From assembly GCA_028279865.1 (NCBI GenBank), contig JANQMV010000010.1, positions 3,630 to 67,629 of the forward strand: a DNA stretch of 64,000 bases, in the 5' to 3' direction. Both the position numbers and the translations under genes were made by a program. The notes below the pieces were generated by a model that was given only the letters and a program-made list of their open reading frames with translations, was not told the origin of the DNA and searched no databases. This DNA is from Candidatus Altimarinota bacterium. Lineage in GTDB: Bacteria; Patescibacteriota; Gracilibacteria; JANQMV01. Of the stretch, positions 52,403 through 61,648 are shown piece by piece (positions within the stretch are counted from its first letter, which is position 1; each line of letters opens with the position of its first letter).

Positions 52403-52532
52403 CTTCGGCTTCGCTCAGCTACCAATACCAAATTCGGCTTTGTCCAGCTGTCAAATTTTGTTCTCTGCAAGAAGTCGAAGTGAGCGGAAAGTGAGATCTC
52501 ATAGTTTTTTGCTTTTTTGAAAAAAAACTTAT

Positions 52533-52560
52533 TTGCTTTTCGTGTAAAAAAAGATATGAT
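52533..52560 (+). promoter_or_regulatory. Possible promoter of the Gly/Cys peptide gene
   Basis: TTGCTT, 16-nt spacer, TATGAT. It lies about 35 nt upstream of ATG 52596. Confidence 0.3.
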
Positions 52561-52595
52561 TATACACACACTTTTAAATCTTAACTTTAGATACT

Positions 52596-52709
52596 ATGAC
52601 TAAATTAACACAAGGTGACGGATGCTGTAACTTATTAGGTGGAGATGGATGCGGAGGATGCTCTGGTTGCGGATTTGTAGAAGGTGGATGTGGAGGCGGT
52701 TGCAGCTAA
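52596..52709 (+). CDS. 37-aa Gly/Cys-rich peptide (MTKLTQGDGCCNLLGGDGCGGCSGCGFVEGGCGGGCS)
   Basis: ATG 52596 to TAA 52707-52709, below the ORF-track size cut-off. 8 Cys and 15 Gly in 37 residues. A strong terminator follows directly. Confidence 0.5.
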   Translation: MTKLTQGDGCCNLLGGDGCGGCSGCGFVEGGCGGGCS

Positions 52710-52724
52710 CTGCAAAACAATTTG

Positions 52725-52755
52725 AAAAAAGACTCTCGTTAGAGGGTCTTTTTTT
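52725..52755. terminator. Bidirectional terminator
   Basis: A6, then GACTCTC gtta GAGGGTC, then T7. It lies between the peptide gene and the convergent 52762-54360 gene. Confidence 0.65.
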
Positions 52756-52761
52756 ATGATT

Positions 52762-54360
52762 TTAATCATTGTCCGGATTGATTCTTTCCTCAAGCAAAAA
52801 CTCGCTAGGTATACTGTCATTAATACAGCAAAGGATATGCTCTAGAAGGTTTCCTAGGGTTAAATAGTTTGGCGTTTCTGATTTTTGGTTTGCACGTTTA
52901 GTTGTTATTTTCTGTGCATTTACTTTACTTTCCTTTTGCTGATTGCGTTTTCCTATTTTTACTAAACTATTGATGAATTTGTCTTTTTCTCCTGGTATGT
53001 CTTCTTGAAATAGAGTTGAAAGTAATCTTGCCTCTAAAGGAATCTTTTGAATTTCTCTCCTAGCTTGATTTATGTACACACTAAAACGTTTTTCAACAAA
53101 TTCTTTGATTTTTTGGGGAAATTTTTCTTTTTCTAAAAAATATCTAAAGTCGTTTTTTAAATCTCTTTCTTTGTTTTTAGTCGTTTTTGGGCAAGGTTTG
53201 TGATTTTTTTGGTGTATTGAGTATTGCTCTAGGATTTGTGCAAAAGTTTTTTGGTTCACGACTTCAGCTCCACATAGTTTTTTGATTTGAAACCAAAGAA
53301 AAGAAACCGTATTCATCTTTTTAAGATAATTAGAGTAAGATTTTTCTGAAAAAGATTCAGCGTTTAAAGGAGAATTTGGATGTTTTGCGATTTCTGGATA
53401 TTCTTGCACTAAATTTTTTATTTCTCTATGCAAGAGTTCTAAGCAGTTAGGTATCCTTATTTCAATTATTTTGATTAATTCTTTAAAATCACTACTCTTG
53501 ATAATTATTCCCCATTTTTTTTCTATTGAAATTATTTTATCTTCAATTTCTTCAAATTTTCTTTTTTGACAAAGTTCTTTTAGCTCCTTTTGGTTGCTTT
53601 CGTGTATTTTTATCTTTTTATCAGCATCCTTTTTTAATTTATCTACAAATAACTTTAATTTTTCAATCTTTTGTAGAAGGTTATTTAATTGGTTGATAAA
53701 GTGTATTTCTATAATGAAAGATCCGAGATTTCCATCTTTGTTGTTGAGATGTAGTGATTCTATCTTATTTTTAACTCCCAACAAACTAGTTTCTTTTTCA
53801 CTAAGTATACTTTTTATTTCTTCAAAGTCAGTTATTTTTTGTAAATTAATTGTTCTTAGAGCTTCTTGGGCTATTTTTGTTGGAGAGGCAATTTTCTCTA
53901 TCAATTTATCTAAGGCGTTCTCGTCGGGAAATTGGACTTTTTTTAAGAAGTAATCCAGCAATTCTGCATTATGCAGAATTGCTTGCATTTCTGGTTCTAT
54001 TACCTTCGAAACTTTTTCTTGGGTTTTGCTATCTGCAGCTGGTAAAACGCATACATCTGACAAGATTATCTGTAGCGCTTTTAAGGTTTTCCCTATGTTT
54101 AGTTTTTCTTTTTGAAAAAAAGCAACATCCTCAAAGCACTCTTTGGCTTTTTTTATACTGTCTCCAAGTCTTAAGAGGCTAAGTTCTGCCTTAAATTCTT
54201 TTTTTGAACTTAGGCATAAGGCAGATAAAATTTTTAGATTTATTTCAATCTGTATCTCTTTTAAAGTTTTTAAAAGAGGTACTACCTCTTCCTTCTTTTC
54301 TTTTAAAGTCTCTGAGTAGCCTCTTAATTGTTTTGTCAATTTTACTTTTTCTGCTGACAC
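52762..54360 (-). CDS. Hypothetical K/E-rich coiled-coil protein
   Basis: 532-aa ORF (GTG start), AT-rich. No motif recognised. Confidence 0.45.
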   Translation of the reverse strand: MSAEKVKLTKQLRGYSETLKEKKEEVVPLLKTLKEIQIEINLKILSALCLSSKKEFKAELSLLRLGDSIKKAKECFEDVAFFQKEKLNIGKTLKALQIILSDVCVLPAADSKTQEKVSKVIEPEMQAILHNAELLDYFLKKVQFPDENALDKLIEKIASPTKIAQEALRTINLQKITDFEEIKSILSEKETSLLGVKNKIESLHLNNKDGNLGSFIIEIHFINQLNNLLQKIEKLKLFVDKLKKDADKKIKIHESNQKELKELCQKRKFEEIEDKIISIEKKWGIIIKSSDFKELIKIIEIRIPNCLELLHREIKNLVQEYPEIAKHPNSPLNAESFSEKSYSNYLKKMNTVSFLWFQIKKLCGAEVVNQKTFAQILEQYSIHQKNHKPCPKTTKNKERDLKNDFRYFLEKEKFPQKIKEFVEKRFSVYINQARREIQKIPLEARLLSTLFQEDIPGEKDKFINSLVKIGKRNQQKESKVNAQKITTKRANQKSETPNYLTLGNLLEHILCCINDSIPSEFLLEERINPDND

Positions 54361-54491
54361 AGTAAGAAATATTTTAAATGATAATCTAATTTAAGGTAAA
54401 ATAACAGGTGAAACATTTTAGTGTTTTACCTAAAAAAATCAATCTTTTTTTGATTATTTAATGATTACTTAATTTTTTACAAGATTTGGAC

Positions 54492-54830
54492 TTACTTTCT
54501 ATATGTCACAAACGATGTGGGTGTTTCCCAAACCTTAATTTCATAAAGCGGCAGTTTTTTTTCAAGTTGTTCCCAGCTCCAAATTGCGATATTCTCCGCA
54601 GAAGGAGTCGCAATCACTTCGTTTAACAATTTATGGTCAAGCTTGCTGATGACTCTTTCTTTTACAATTTTTTTAAGCTCGACAAAATCTAAAACCATTC
54701 CATCAGGCTGAACTTCTCCTTCCACAGTTACATGCATTTTGTAAGTATGACCGTGCATGGATTCACACTTTCCATGATAATCGGGGAGATAATGCGCTGA
54801 GTCAAAAGTAAATTCTTTGGTAACAAACAC
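54492..54830 (-). CDS. queD: 6-carboxy-5,6,7,8-tetrahydropterin synthase
   Basis: FTFDSAHYLPDYHGKCESMHGHTYKMHVTVEG...ENIAIW. Confidence 0.85.
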   Translation of the reverse strand: MFVTKEFTFDSAHYLPDYHGKCESMHGHTYKMHVTVEGEVQPDGMVLDFVELKKIVKERVISKLDHKLLNEVIATPSAENIAIWSWEQLEKKLPLYEIKVWETPTSFVTYRK

Positions 54831-54863
54831 TTTTTTTGAAATTAAAAATCTAAAGCTATTTTA

Positions 54864-56213
54864 CTAATCCGGTGTATGTTGTCTGTCAATATCAATGAAG
54901 CGCATTTTCTCTTTCTCAAATTTTAACTCTACCCTTCCGACAGGTCCGTTACGGTGTTTGCGAATGAAGACATCCGTACTACCGGGACGATCGGAATTTT
55001 CATCATAATAATCTTCTCTATACATCATCATTACTACATCGGCATCTTGCTCAATCGAACCTGATTCACGTAAATCTGACAGCTGAGGGCAGTTTCCGGG
55101 ACGACTTTCGACAGCACGGCTGAGCTGTGATAAGGCGAGAATAGGGACGTGGAGTTCACGTGCCAGACCTTTGAGGGAACGTGAAATTTCCGAAATTTCT
55201 TGTACTCGATTCATCGGATTATTTCCTTGCATTAATTGCAAATAATCAATAATGATCAAATCAAGACCATGTTCCATTTGCAGACGACGAGCTTTGGCTC
55301 GTAATTCCACAATATTTGCTCCGGCAGAATCATCAATAAAAATCGGAGCACGGCTAAGCTCATCCATAGCGGGTCCCATTCTTGAAAAATCTTCATCATT
55401 TAATTTTCCTTTTTGCAATTTCCATGAATCCACTCCTAAAATTGAGCAAAACATTCTATCAACCAGTTGTTCTTTTGACATTTCCAAGCTAAAGATGCCA
55501 ACAGATTTTTTATTTTTAAAAGCGGAGTTTTGGGCGATTGTAAGTGCAAGAGCTGTTTTTCCCATACTTGGGCGCGCTGCCAAGATAATCAGATCAGCAG
55601 GTTGTAAACCGGAAAGTTTGTGATCCAGAGAGCCTAAGCCTGTCGGGACACCGCGAACGGCTTCTTTGTCTTCGCTCATATGTAGGTCAGCAAAAACATC
55701 AAAACGCTTACTCAAAATTTCCTTAATATGCACAAATTTATTTTTAATAAACGTTTGTGTTACTGTAAAAAGCGATTTTTCAGCTTTTTCCAAAAGTTCA
55801 TCAATCGCCTCATTCTCTTCATAACCCAGAGCGGTCACTTCTTGCCCGCAACGCAACAGTTTACGCAACGTCGATTTATTTTTGACAATAAAAGCATATT
55901 CGATAATATGGCTTGAAGTTGGTACAATATTTGTTATCTCTGCCAAATAAGGACCTCCTCCCACATCTTCTAAAATTCCCTGATCTTCGAGTAAGTTTGA
56001 TAAAGTAATCAAATCGATTGGTTGTCTTTTTTGCGAAAGCTCAAGCATTGCCCGAAAAATTTCTCCATGTTTTTCAAAATAGAAATCGTCGGGTTTTAAG
56101 ACATCCGAGACTTTGATAATTGCATCTTTGTCCAGCAGGATTGATCCAATCACTGATTGTTCTGCTTCTTCTGAATGCGGCGGTATTTTTGCCAGTTCTT
56201 TATTGGTTGCCAT
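54864..56213 (-). CDS. dnaB: Replicative DNA helicase
   Basis: PPHSEEAEQSVIGSILLD, ARPSMGKTALAL, IIDYLQLM and ALSQLSR. Confidence 0.95.
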   Translation of the reverse strand: MATNKELAKIPPHSEEAEQSVIGSILLDKDAIIKVSDVLKPDDFYFEKHGEIFRAMLELSQKRQPIDLITLSNLLEDQGILEDVGGGPYLAEITNIVPTSSHIIEYAFIVKNKSTLRKLLRCGQEVTALGYEENEAIDELLEKAEKSLFTVTQTFIKNKFVHIKEILSKRFDVFADLHMSEDKEAVRGVPTGLGSLDHKLSGLQPADLIILAARPSMGKTALALTIAQNSAFKNKKSVGIFSLEMSKEQLVDRMFCSILGVDSWKLQKGKLNDEDFSRMGPAMDELSRAPIFIDDSAGANIVELRAKARRLQMEHGLDLIIIDYLQLMQGNNPMNRVQEISEISRSLKGLARELHVPILALSQLSRAVESRPGNCPQLSDLRESGSIEQDADVVMMMYREDYYDENSDRPGSTDVFIRKHRNGPVGRVELKFEKEKMRFIDIDRQHTPD

Positions 56214-56269
56214 TGCTTAAATAGACTTTAGATTATTAGACTTTAGGCTTTTGGAAAGAGACTATTTTT

Positions 56270-56348
56270 CCCCTTTATAAGGGGAGTTAGGTGGGGTAGT
56301 GTGCTTGAGTCACAGACCTCACCTAGCCCCTCCTTGGTAAGGCGGGGG
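56270..56348. repeat. Palindromic intergenic element (hairpin+AGTTAGGTGGGG ... CCTCACCTAGC+hairpin)
   Basis: CCCCTTTATAAGGGG-AGTTAGGTGGGGT, then a spacer, then CCTCACCTAGC-CCCTCCTTGGTAAGGCGGGGG. Lies between dnaE and dnaB. Confidence 0.6.
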
Positions 56349-56358
56349 ACTTTAAATG

Positions 56359-59300
56359 CTATCCCAAAATTACTTTAATTTTCTCTTGTAGTTCCGGAGT
56401 TTTTGTGACTTTTAGATTTGTTTTGCGTACTCGCCCGTCAATTTCCAAGCTAACTGTTTCTAAGCCTTTATTTTCAGATAAAAGTTGGCTTAGTTGAACA
56501 AAAGTATTTTTATCCTGATTTTTGATTTTTATCACAAAGCCTTCCTCTCTATCTTCGTTTTTTGCTTTAACAAGGGGGGCTACACTATCATTTTCCGGCA
56601 TATCAGACAAGTTTTCCGCGGCTTCAGTTTTTCGCTCAAAGTCTCCTTCCATTTTGGCAGCTTTAACTTTTGTTAAAGTTGCGTCTAAGTTGACTTCTTC
56701 AAGTTTGTTCGCAATGAGTTGTAGCTCTTCATTACGGGTATTAACATTCCCCGTAAAAGCAAACGCTTTGTCTTCCTCAATCTGTTCTCCGTAATTTTGG
56801 TATGTTTTAGGAAAAATTGTTACCTCAATTTCTCCGGAAGGATCTTCAACTGTTAAAATCAACATGGTGTCTCCTTTCTTTGTCGTAATTTTTCTTAGTT
56901 TATTGATAATTCCGGCAATTTTTACAGAGTCACCGTCTTTTAAATTTGTAATCAAAGCATAGTGTTTTTGCCAATATTTTCCCAAACCTTCCAGAGGATG
57001 TTCGCTTACATAAAAGCCAAGTAAATCTTTTTCCCAACTAAGCCTTTGTGTTTTTTTTGCCGGATCAACTTGCTTTAATTCCAAGGCGAAACCCTGCTGT
57101 GCAGCTCCTCCAAAAAGATCCATCTGATTTTCCGCAGCTTTTTCTTGGCAATTTTTTGCATGCTCCAAAATTAATTCATGTCCATTAAGAACCTTATTTC
57201 TTTCTTCCAGAGAATCAAATGCTCCGGCTTTAGCTAAAGCTTCAATTACTTTTTTATTCAAAGACTTGTATTTCACTCTTTTACAAAAATCTTCAATTGA
57301 GGAAAATTTTATCTCATCTTTACCTCGTGCATCTTTAATTGCCTGAATCGCAGCTTCTCCTACTCCTTTTACTGCAGATAAACCGAAACGAATATTTTTA
57401 CTCTTTACTACCGTGAAGTTGGCAAGAGATTCATTAATATCAGGTGGCAGAACATCAATTCCCATTTGTTTGCATTCAGCTATTTCCAAGGCGATCCTGT
57501 CACTATTCCCATGATCAGCCGTCAATAAAGCCGCCATAAATTCGGTAGGATAGTGAGCCTTCAAATAAGCTGTCTGATAGGCAATCAGTGCGTAGCAGGC
57601 AGCGTGACTTTTATTGAATCCGTAACCGGCAAAAGGCTCAATTACTTTATCAAAAATTTGCACAGCGTTATCTCTAGAATGACCAAGCCCTTCGGCTCCT
57701 TCAATAAATTTTGCTCTCTGGGATTTTAATTCACTGATGATTTTTTTACCGATGGCACGTCTGAGAATATCAGCTGAACCGAGAGAAAAACCTGCAAAAA
57801 CTTGAGCAATTTGTAGAATTTGTTCCTGATAAATGGCAATACCGTAGGTTTTATCCAAAATCGGTTTTAGAGATTCGTGTAAATAATTAACTTTTTTCTT
57901 ACCATGCTTACCTTTGATGTAGTCAGGAATCCACTCCATAGGTCCCGGACGGTAGAGCGAAACCATCGCAATGATGTCCTCAAATTCTGTCGGTTTTAAT
58001 TCTTTTAAATATCTTCTCATTCCGGGAGATTCCAGCTGAAAAACTCCGGTTGTTTGAGCTTTTTGTAAAAGCTCAAAAGTTTTTTTGTCCTCCATTTTGA
58101 TCTCGTCAAGATCAACAGTTTTCCCGCTAACTCTCTTAATTATGTTAATTGCCGTTTGTAAAATTGTGAGGTTTTTCAAACCGAGGAAGTCCATTTTCAA
58201 AAGACCAAGGCTTTCCAAAGGCTTGGCGGAATATTGGGAAATAATGGTTTGATCATCTTTAGGCGGGTGTTGAAGTGCCGTATATTTTGTCAGCTTATCA
58301 TCAGAAATCACTACTGCACAAGCATGTACGGAAATATGACGGACAACCCCCTCCAAGAGCAGGGCTGTATCAAAAACTTTTTTGTATTCAGCTGAAGAAT
58401 TATAGGCTTCTTTAAGTTCATTTTCTGTTTCCAGAGCTTCTTGAAGCTTTGTCCCAGGTCTATCCGGTATCATTTTGGAAAGTGCATTCATTTCATCAAA
58501 AGGAATTCCCAAAGCTCGTCCGGTGTCTTTTACTGCCGCTTTGGCTGCCAGCGTTCCAAAAGTTGAAATCTGAGCGACGTGGTCTGAACCGTATTTTTCG
58601 CGTACATAATTAATCACTTGATCGCGCTTGTCATCAGCAAAGTCAATATCGAAATCCGGCATGGAAATACGTTCCGGATTTAAAAATCTTTCGAAAAGCA
58701 GGTCATATTCAAGCGGATCAAGATCTGTAATACTTAAAGCATAAGCGATGATCGATCCGGCACCACTACCACGCCCCGGTCCGACCATGATGCCTTGCTC
58801 TCTAGCCCATTTCACATAATCCCAGACTATCAAAAAATAAGATTCAAATTCCATTTTTTCAATGATCGAAAGCTCGTAATCAAGACGTTCTTTTATTTCT
58901 TTTTCTTGAGATCTTACCCCATATCTCATTTCCAAACCTTCTTGACATTTTTCACGTAAATATTCACGAGGTGAAAGCTTTTTCTTTTCTTCGGGTACTT
59001 TGAACACCGGGATCAAGTTTTTCCCGAATTCAAAATTTACATTACAACGATTGGCAATTTCAACGGTATTACTAATTGCCTCAGGGTGTTCGGTAAATTG
59101 TGCCGCCATATTTTCGGGACTTCGTAACGAGTAATTTCCATCCATCATGCTCATTCGATTTGATTCTTGCACAGTTTTGTTTGTTTGAATGCAAACCAAA
59201 ACATCTTGAGAAAATTTATCTTCTTCATTGACATAGTGGCAGTCGTTTGTGGCAATAAGCGGAATTTTGAGGTCTTTGCTCAACTCAAATAATTTTCGAT

Positions 59301-59865
59301 TAACAATGTTTTGTCCTTCAAGATTGGGGTGATGCTGAACTTCTAAAAAGAAATTTTCTTTCCCGTAGGTTTTTTGAAAACGTTTAATTAATTCTCTTGC
59401 CTTATTTTCATCATCATCAAGGAGCGCTTGAGGGATTTCACCTGCGATACAGGCTGTTGTAGCTATCAAACCTTTACTATGTTGTTGCATCAAATCCCAA
59501 TCAATTCTTGGTTTGTAATAAAGTCCGTCAAGGTAAGCTCTAGTGCTTAATTCGAGCAAGTTTTGATAACCTTCTTGGTTTTCAGCAAGTAAAATAAGAT
59601 GATAGCGTTTCTTATCAAGTTGAGCGTTTTTTTCGGTATGCTTACTTTTTGCAACGTAAAACTCACAACCAATAATCGGTTTGAGATCTTCTTTTTTGGC
59701 TTCTTTATAAAATTCGATCGCACCATACATGTTTCCATGATCTGTGATCGCAAGTGCAGGAGAGCCATGCTCTTTGGCTTTTTGAATATAGCTTTTGGGC
59801 TTGCCAAGTCCATCCAGAAGCGAGTAATGAGTATGGACATGCAAGTGTACAAATTGATTTGACAT
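56359..59865 (-). CDS. dnaE: DNA polymerase III alpha subunit
   Basis: MSNQFVHLHVHTHYSLLDG (PHP domain), the polymerase core, and an OB fold near the C-terminus. The start is placed at the Met that begins the family match; the track ORF extends 14 codons upstream. Confidence 0.95.
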   Translation of the reverse strand: MSNQFVHLHVHTHYSLLDGLGKPKSYIQKAKEHGSPALAITDHGNMYGAIEFYKEAKKEDLKPIIGCEFYVAKSKHTEKNAQLDKKRYHLILLAENQEGYQNLLELSTRAYLDGLYYKPRIDWDLMQQHSKGLIATTACIAGEIPQALLDDDENKARELIKRFQKTYGKENFFLEVQHHPNLEGQNIVNRKLFELSKDLKIPLIATNDCHYVNEEDKFSQDVLVCIQTNKTVQESNRMSMMDGNYSLRSPENMAAQFTEHPEAISNTVEIANRCNVNFEFGKNLIPVFKVPEEKKKLSPREYLREKCQEGLEMRYGVRSQEKEIKERLDYELSIIEKMEFESYFLIVWDYVKWAREQGIMVGPGRGSGAGSIIAYALSITDLDPLEYDLLFERFLNPERISMPDFDIDFADDKRDQVINYVREKYGSDHVAQISTFGTLAAKAAVKDTGRALGIPFDEMNALSKMIPDRPGTKLQEALETENELKEAYNSSAEYKKVFDTALLLEGVVRHISVHACAVVISDDKLTKYTALQHPPKDDQTIISQYSAKPLESLGLLKMDFLGLKNLTILQTAINIIKRVSGKTVDLDEIKMEDKKTFELLQKAQTTGVFQLESPGMRRYLKELKPTEFEDIIAMVSLYRPGPMEWIPDYIKGKHGKKKVNYLHESLKPILDKTYGIAIYQEQILQIAQVFAGFSLGSADILRRAIGKKIISELKSQRAKFIEGAEGLGHSRDNAVQIFDKVIEPFAGYGFNKSHAACYALIAYQTAYLKAHYPTEFMAALLTADHGNSDRIALEIAECKQMGIDVLPPDINESLANFTVVKSKNIRFGLSAVKGVGEAAIQAIKDARGKDEIKFSSIEDFCKRVKYKSLNKKVIEALAKAGAFDSLEERNKVLNGHELILEHAKNCQEKAAENQMDLFGGAAQQGFALELKQVDPAKKTQRLSWEKDLLGFYVSEHPLEGLGKYWQKHYALITNLKDGDSVKIAGIINKLRKITTKKGDTMLILTVEDPSGEIEVTIFPKTYQNYGEQIEEDKAFAFTGNVNTRNEELQLIANKLEEVNLDATLTKVKAAKMEGDFERKTEAAENLSDMPENDSVAPLVKAKNEDREEGFVIKIKNQDKNTFVQLSQLLSENKGLETVSLEIDGRVRKTNLKVTKTPELQEKIKVILG

Positions 59866-60052
59866 GGCGTTACAGAGGAGTTTATAGATGACTAAAAACA
59901 CAATCAAGCCAACCTTCGTAAGATAGGCAGTCTGTGTTTGTTTTTATTTTTTTCTCTACCCGTCCAGTCTAGCAAAAAAATTTGAAAAAGATAGCTTTTA
60001 TTTTTTGATAATTATAATTTAATCGTATTTTTTTTGATAAATTAATAAAAAA

Positions 60053-60081
60053 TTGACACTGGGATTGTTATGTGTTAAAAT
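60053..60081 (+). promoter_or_regulatory. Sigma70-like promoter for the TPR lipoprotein gene
   Basis: TTGACA, 17-nt spacer, TAAAAT, with an extended -10 TGT. It lies 53 nt upstream of ATG 60134. Confidence 0.5.
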
Positions 60082-60133
60082 TAAGCAATAGAATTAGAAA
60101 AATTTATCTTATCCTTTTTCATTTTATATTGTT

Positions 60134-61618
60134 ATGAAAAACAAAAAACATTTTATTTTTGTGATGCTTTTAAGTTTTAGCTTGTCTTGATGCTTCTTTC
60201 AACCAGAGTCAACACAAAAATTACCTTCTGGTACAGAGGAAGATCTTGTCACGCTTGAGAATGAAAAGATTTGAGACAAAACACAAGTTTGAATGTCTGG
60301 TTCGCACCTTCTTGAGGATGATCAAAGTGAAGTTGAGCAAACAGATTTAACAAAATTGGATTGACTGATTGACTCCAGAAACCTAGAAGGGTGTGCAGAG
60401 TTAACAGAAGAGTGATTGCAAGAATTTTGTCTTGAAAATATAAAAAACCTGATTGCTTTTGATGAGGTTAAATGCAATGAAATAGAAGAAGATATAGATT
60501 TAAAAAAAGATTGCTTAAAATATAAAGAAGAAATAACAGCCTATGAAAAAGAGTTAGCAGAGTATGAGAAACAAAGCAAAGGGATAACTAAGGCTGAAAT
60601 AAATTGTCAAGATGAGGAAAAAACACCTTTTACTGCAGCTTTTTGTGAAGCAGATAGCACCGAAAAACAAAATATTTTATACGATTTTAACCAGTTTGAT
60701 GATCTTCTTGCGTATTATGAAGATTTGTACGAAGGGAAAAAACAAGATGTGCAATTTTTGAATTCCTATGCTTTGACTTTGGTTCAAAAAGGTAGCCTTG
60801 AAATGCAAGAAAAAGTTTATGGACAAAAAGCCTTGGCTTTGGCGGATGAAGTACTTGCAATGGAATCAAAAAATGCAGAAGCTCTCTATATAAGAGGGTA
60901 TGCAAATGAGATTCAGGAAAATTATGCAGAAGCTTTAAGTGCCTATGATCAGGCTCTTGAAATTAATTCTGAAAATGCTTTGGTAATTAGCCAAAAAGGA
61001 CACGCGTATCGTCTCATGGGAGAATACGAAAAGGCAAAAGAATATTTCCAACAAGCTTTAGCGATAGATCCTGATTTACCCCATGCTCTTCTCAATTTAG
61101 GCAATGTTTTCTTGAGCGAATGAGACAAGGACAAAGCGATTGAGCTTTATGAAAAAACCTTGAATTTAACCAGTAATATACGTTTTCAGGCAGAGGCGAG
61201 CTATGCTCTTGGCTCGATTTATACTTTTGAAGAGGATTACTTAAAGTCAAAAAATTACTTCCAACAAACCATTAGTGTCGACCCCAAATTTGAAGCGGGT
61301 TATATCGGCTTAGCTAGAGTGCAGTTCTTAATGGCGTTTGATGAAGAGAAGACTGTCGATGAATCAACTAATTTAATTGCTGATTCATTTAACAATTTGA
61401 TTTATGCCATTGATTTGAATCCAGAGAAAACGCTGGTTTATTATCAACTGGGTACACAATATAAAATTATGGAGATTGAAGGGAATGCCGAAAAGGCAAA
61501 ATTGATGTTTGAAAAAGCTCTGGAAGTTGTGAAGAATGACATAACTTTATCTGTTCACGAAAAAGACGAAATGCGTGAAATGATCAACCTGGAAATGGCT
61601 GAGCTTATTTCTAATTAA
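60134..61618 (+). CDS. TPR-repeat lipoprotein. Needs table 25.
   Basis: One frame is open from ATG 60134 to TAA, with 6 in-frame TGA (60188, 60272, 60290, 60362, 60413, 61121). It joins track ORFs 60416-61123 and 61160-61618. The signal peptide ends LSFSLS-TGA-C. Multiple TPR units follow. Confidence 0.75.
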
Positions 61619-61648
61619 ATTAATAAAATTATTTTTAAATTTCACACC

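Noticed and set aside
52387-52820. Minus-strand track ORFs 52387-52569 and 52635-52820
   Set aside because: The first runs across the intergenic/promoter region. The second is antisense to the Gly/Cys peptide gene and crosses the bidirectional terminator. Neither has family resemblance.
56222-56246. Direct 10-nt repeat TAGACTTTAG (two copies) just upstream of dnaB, considered as an operator or DnaA-box-like site
   Set aside because: It is too short and AT-rich to distinguish from chance, and it has no resemblance to the TTATCCACA DnaA box.
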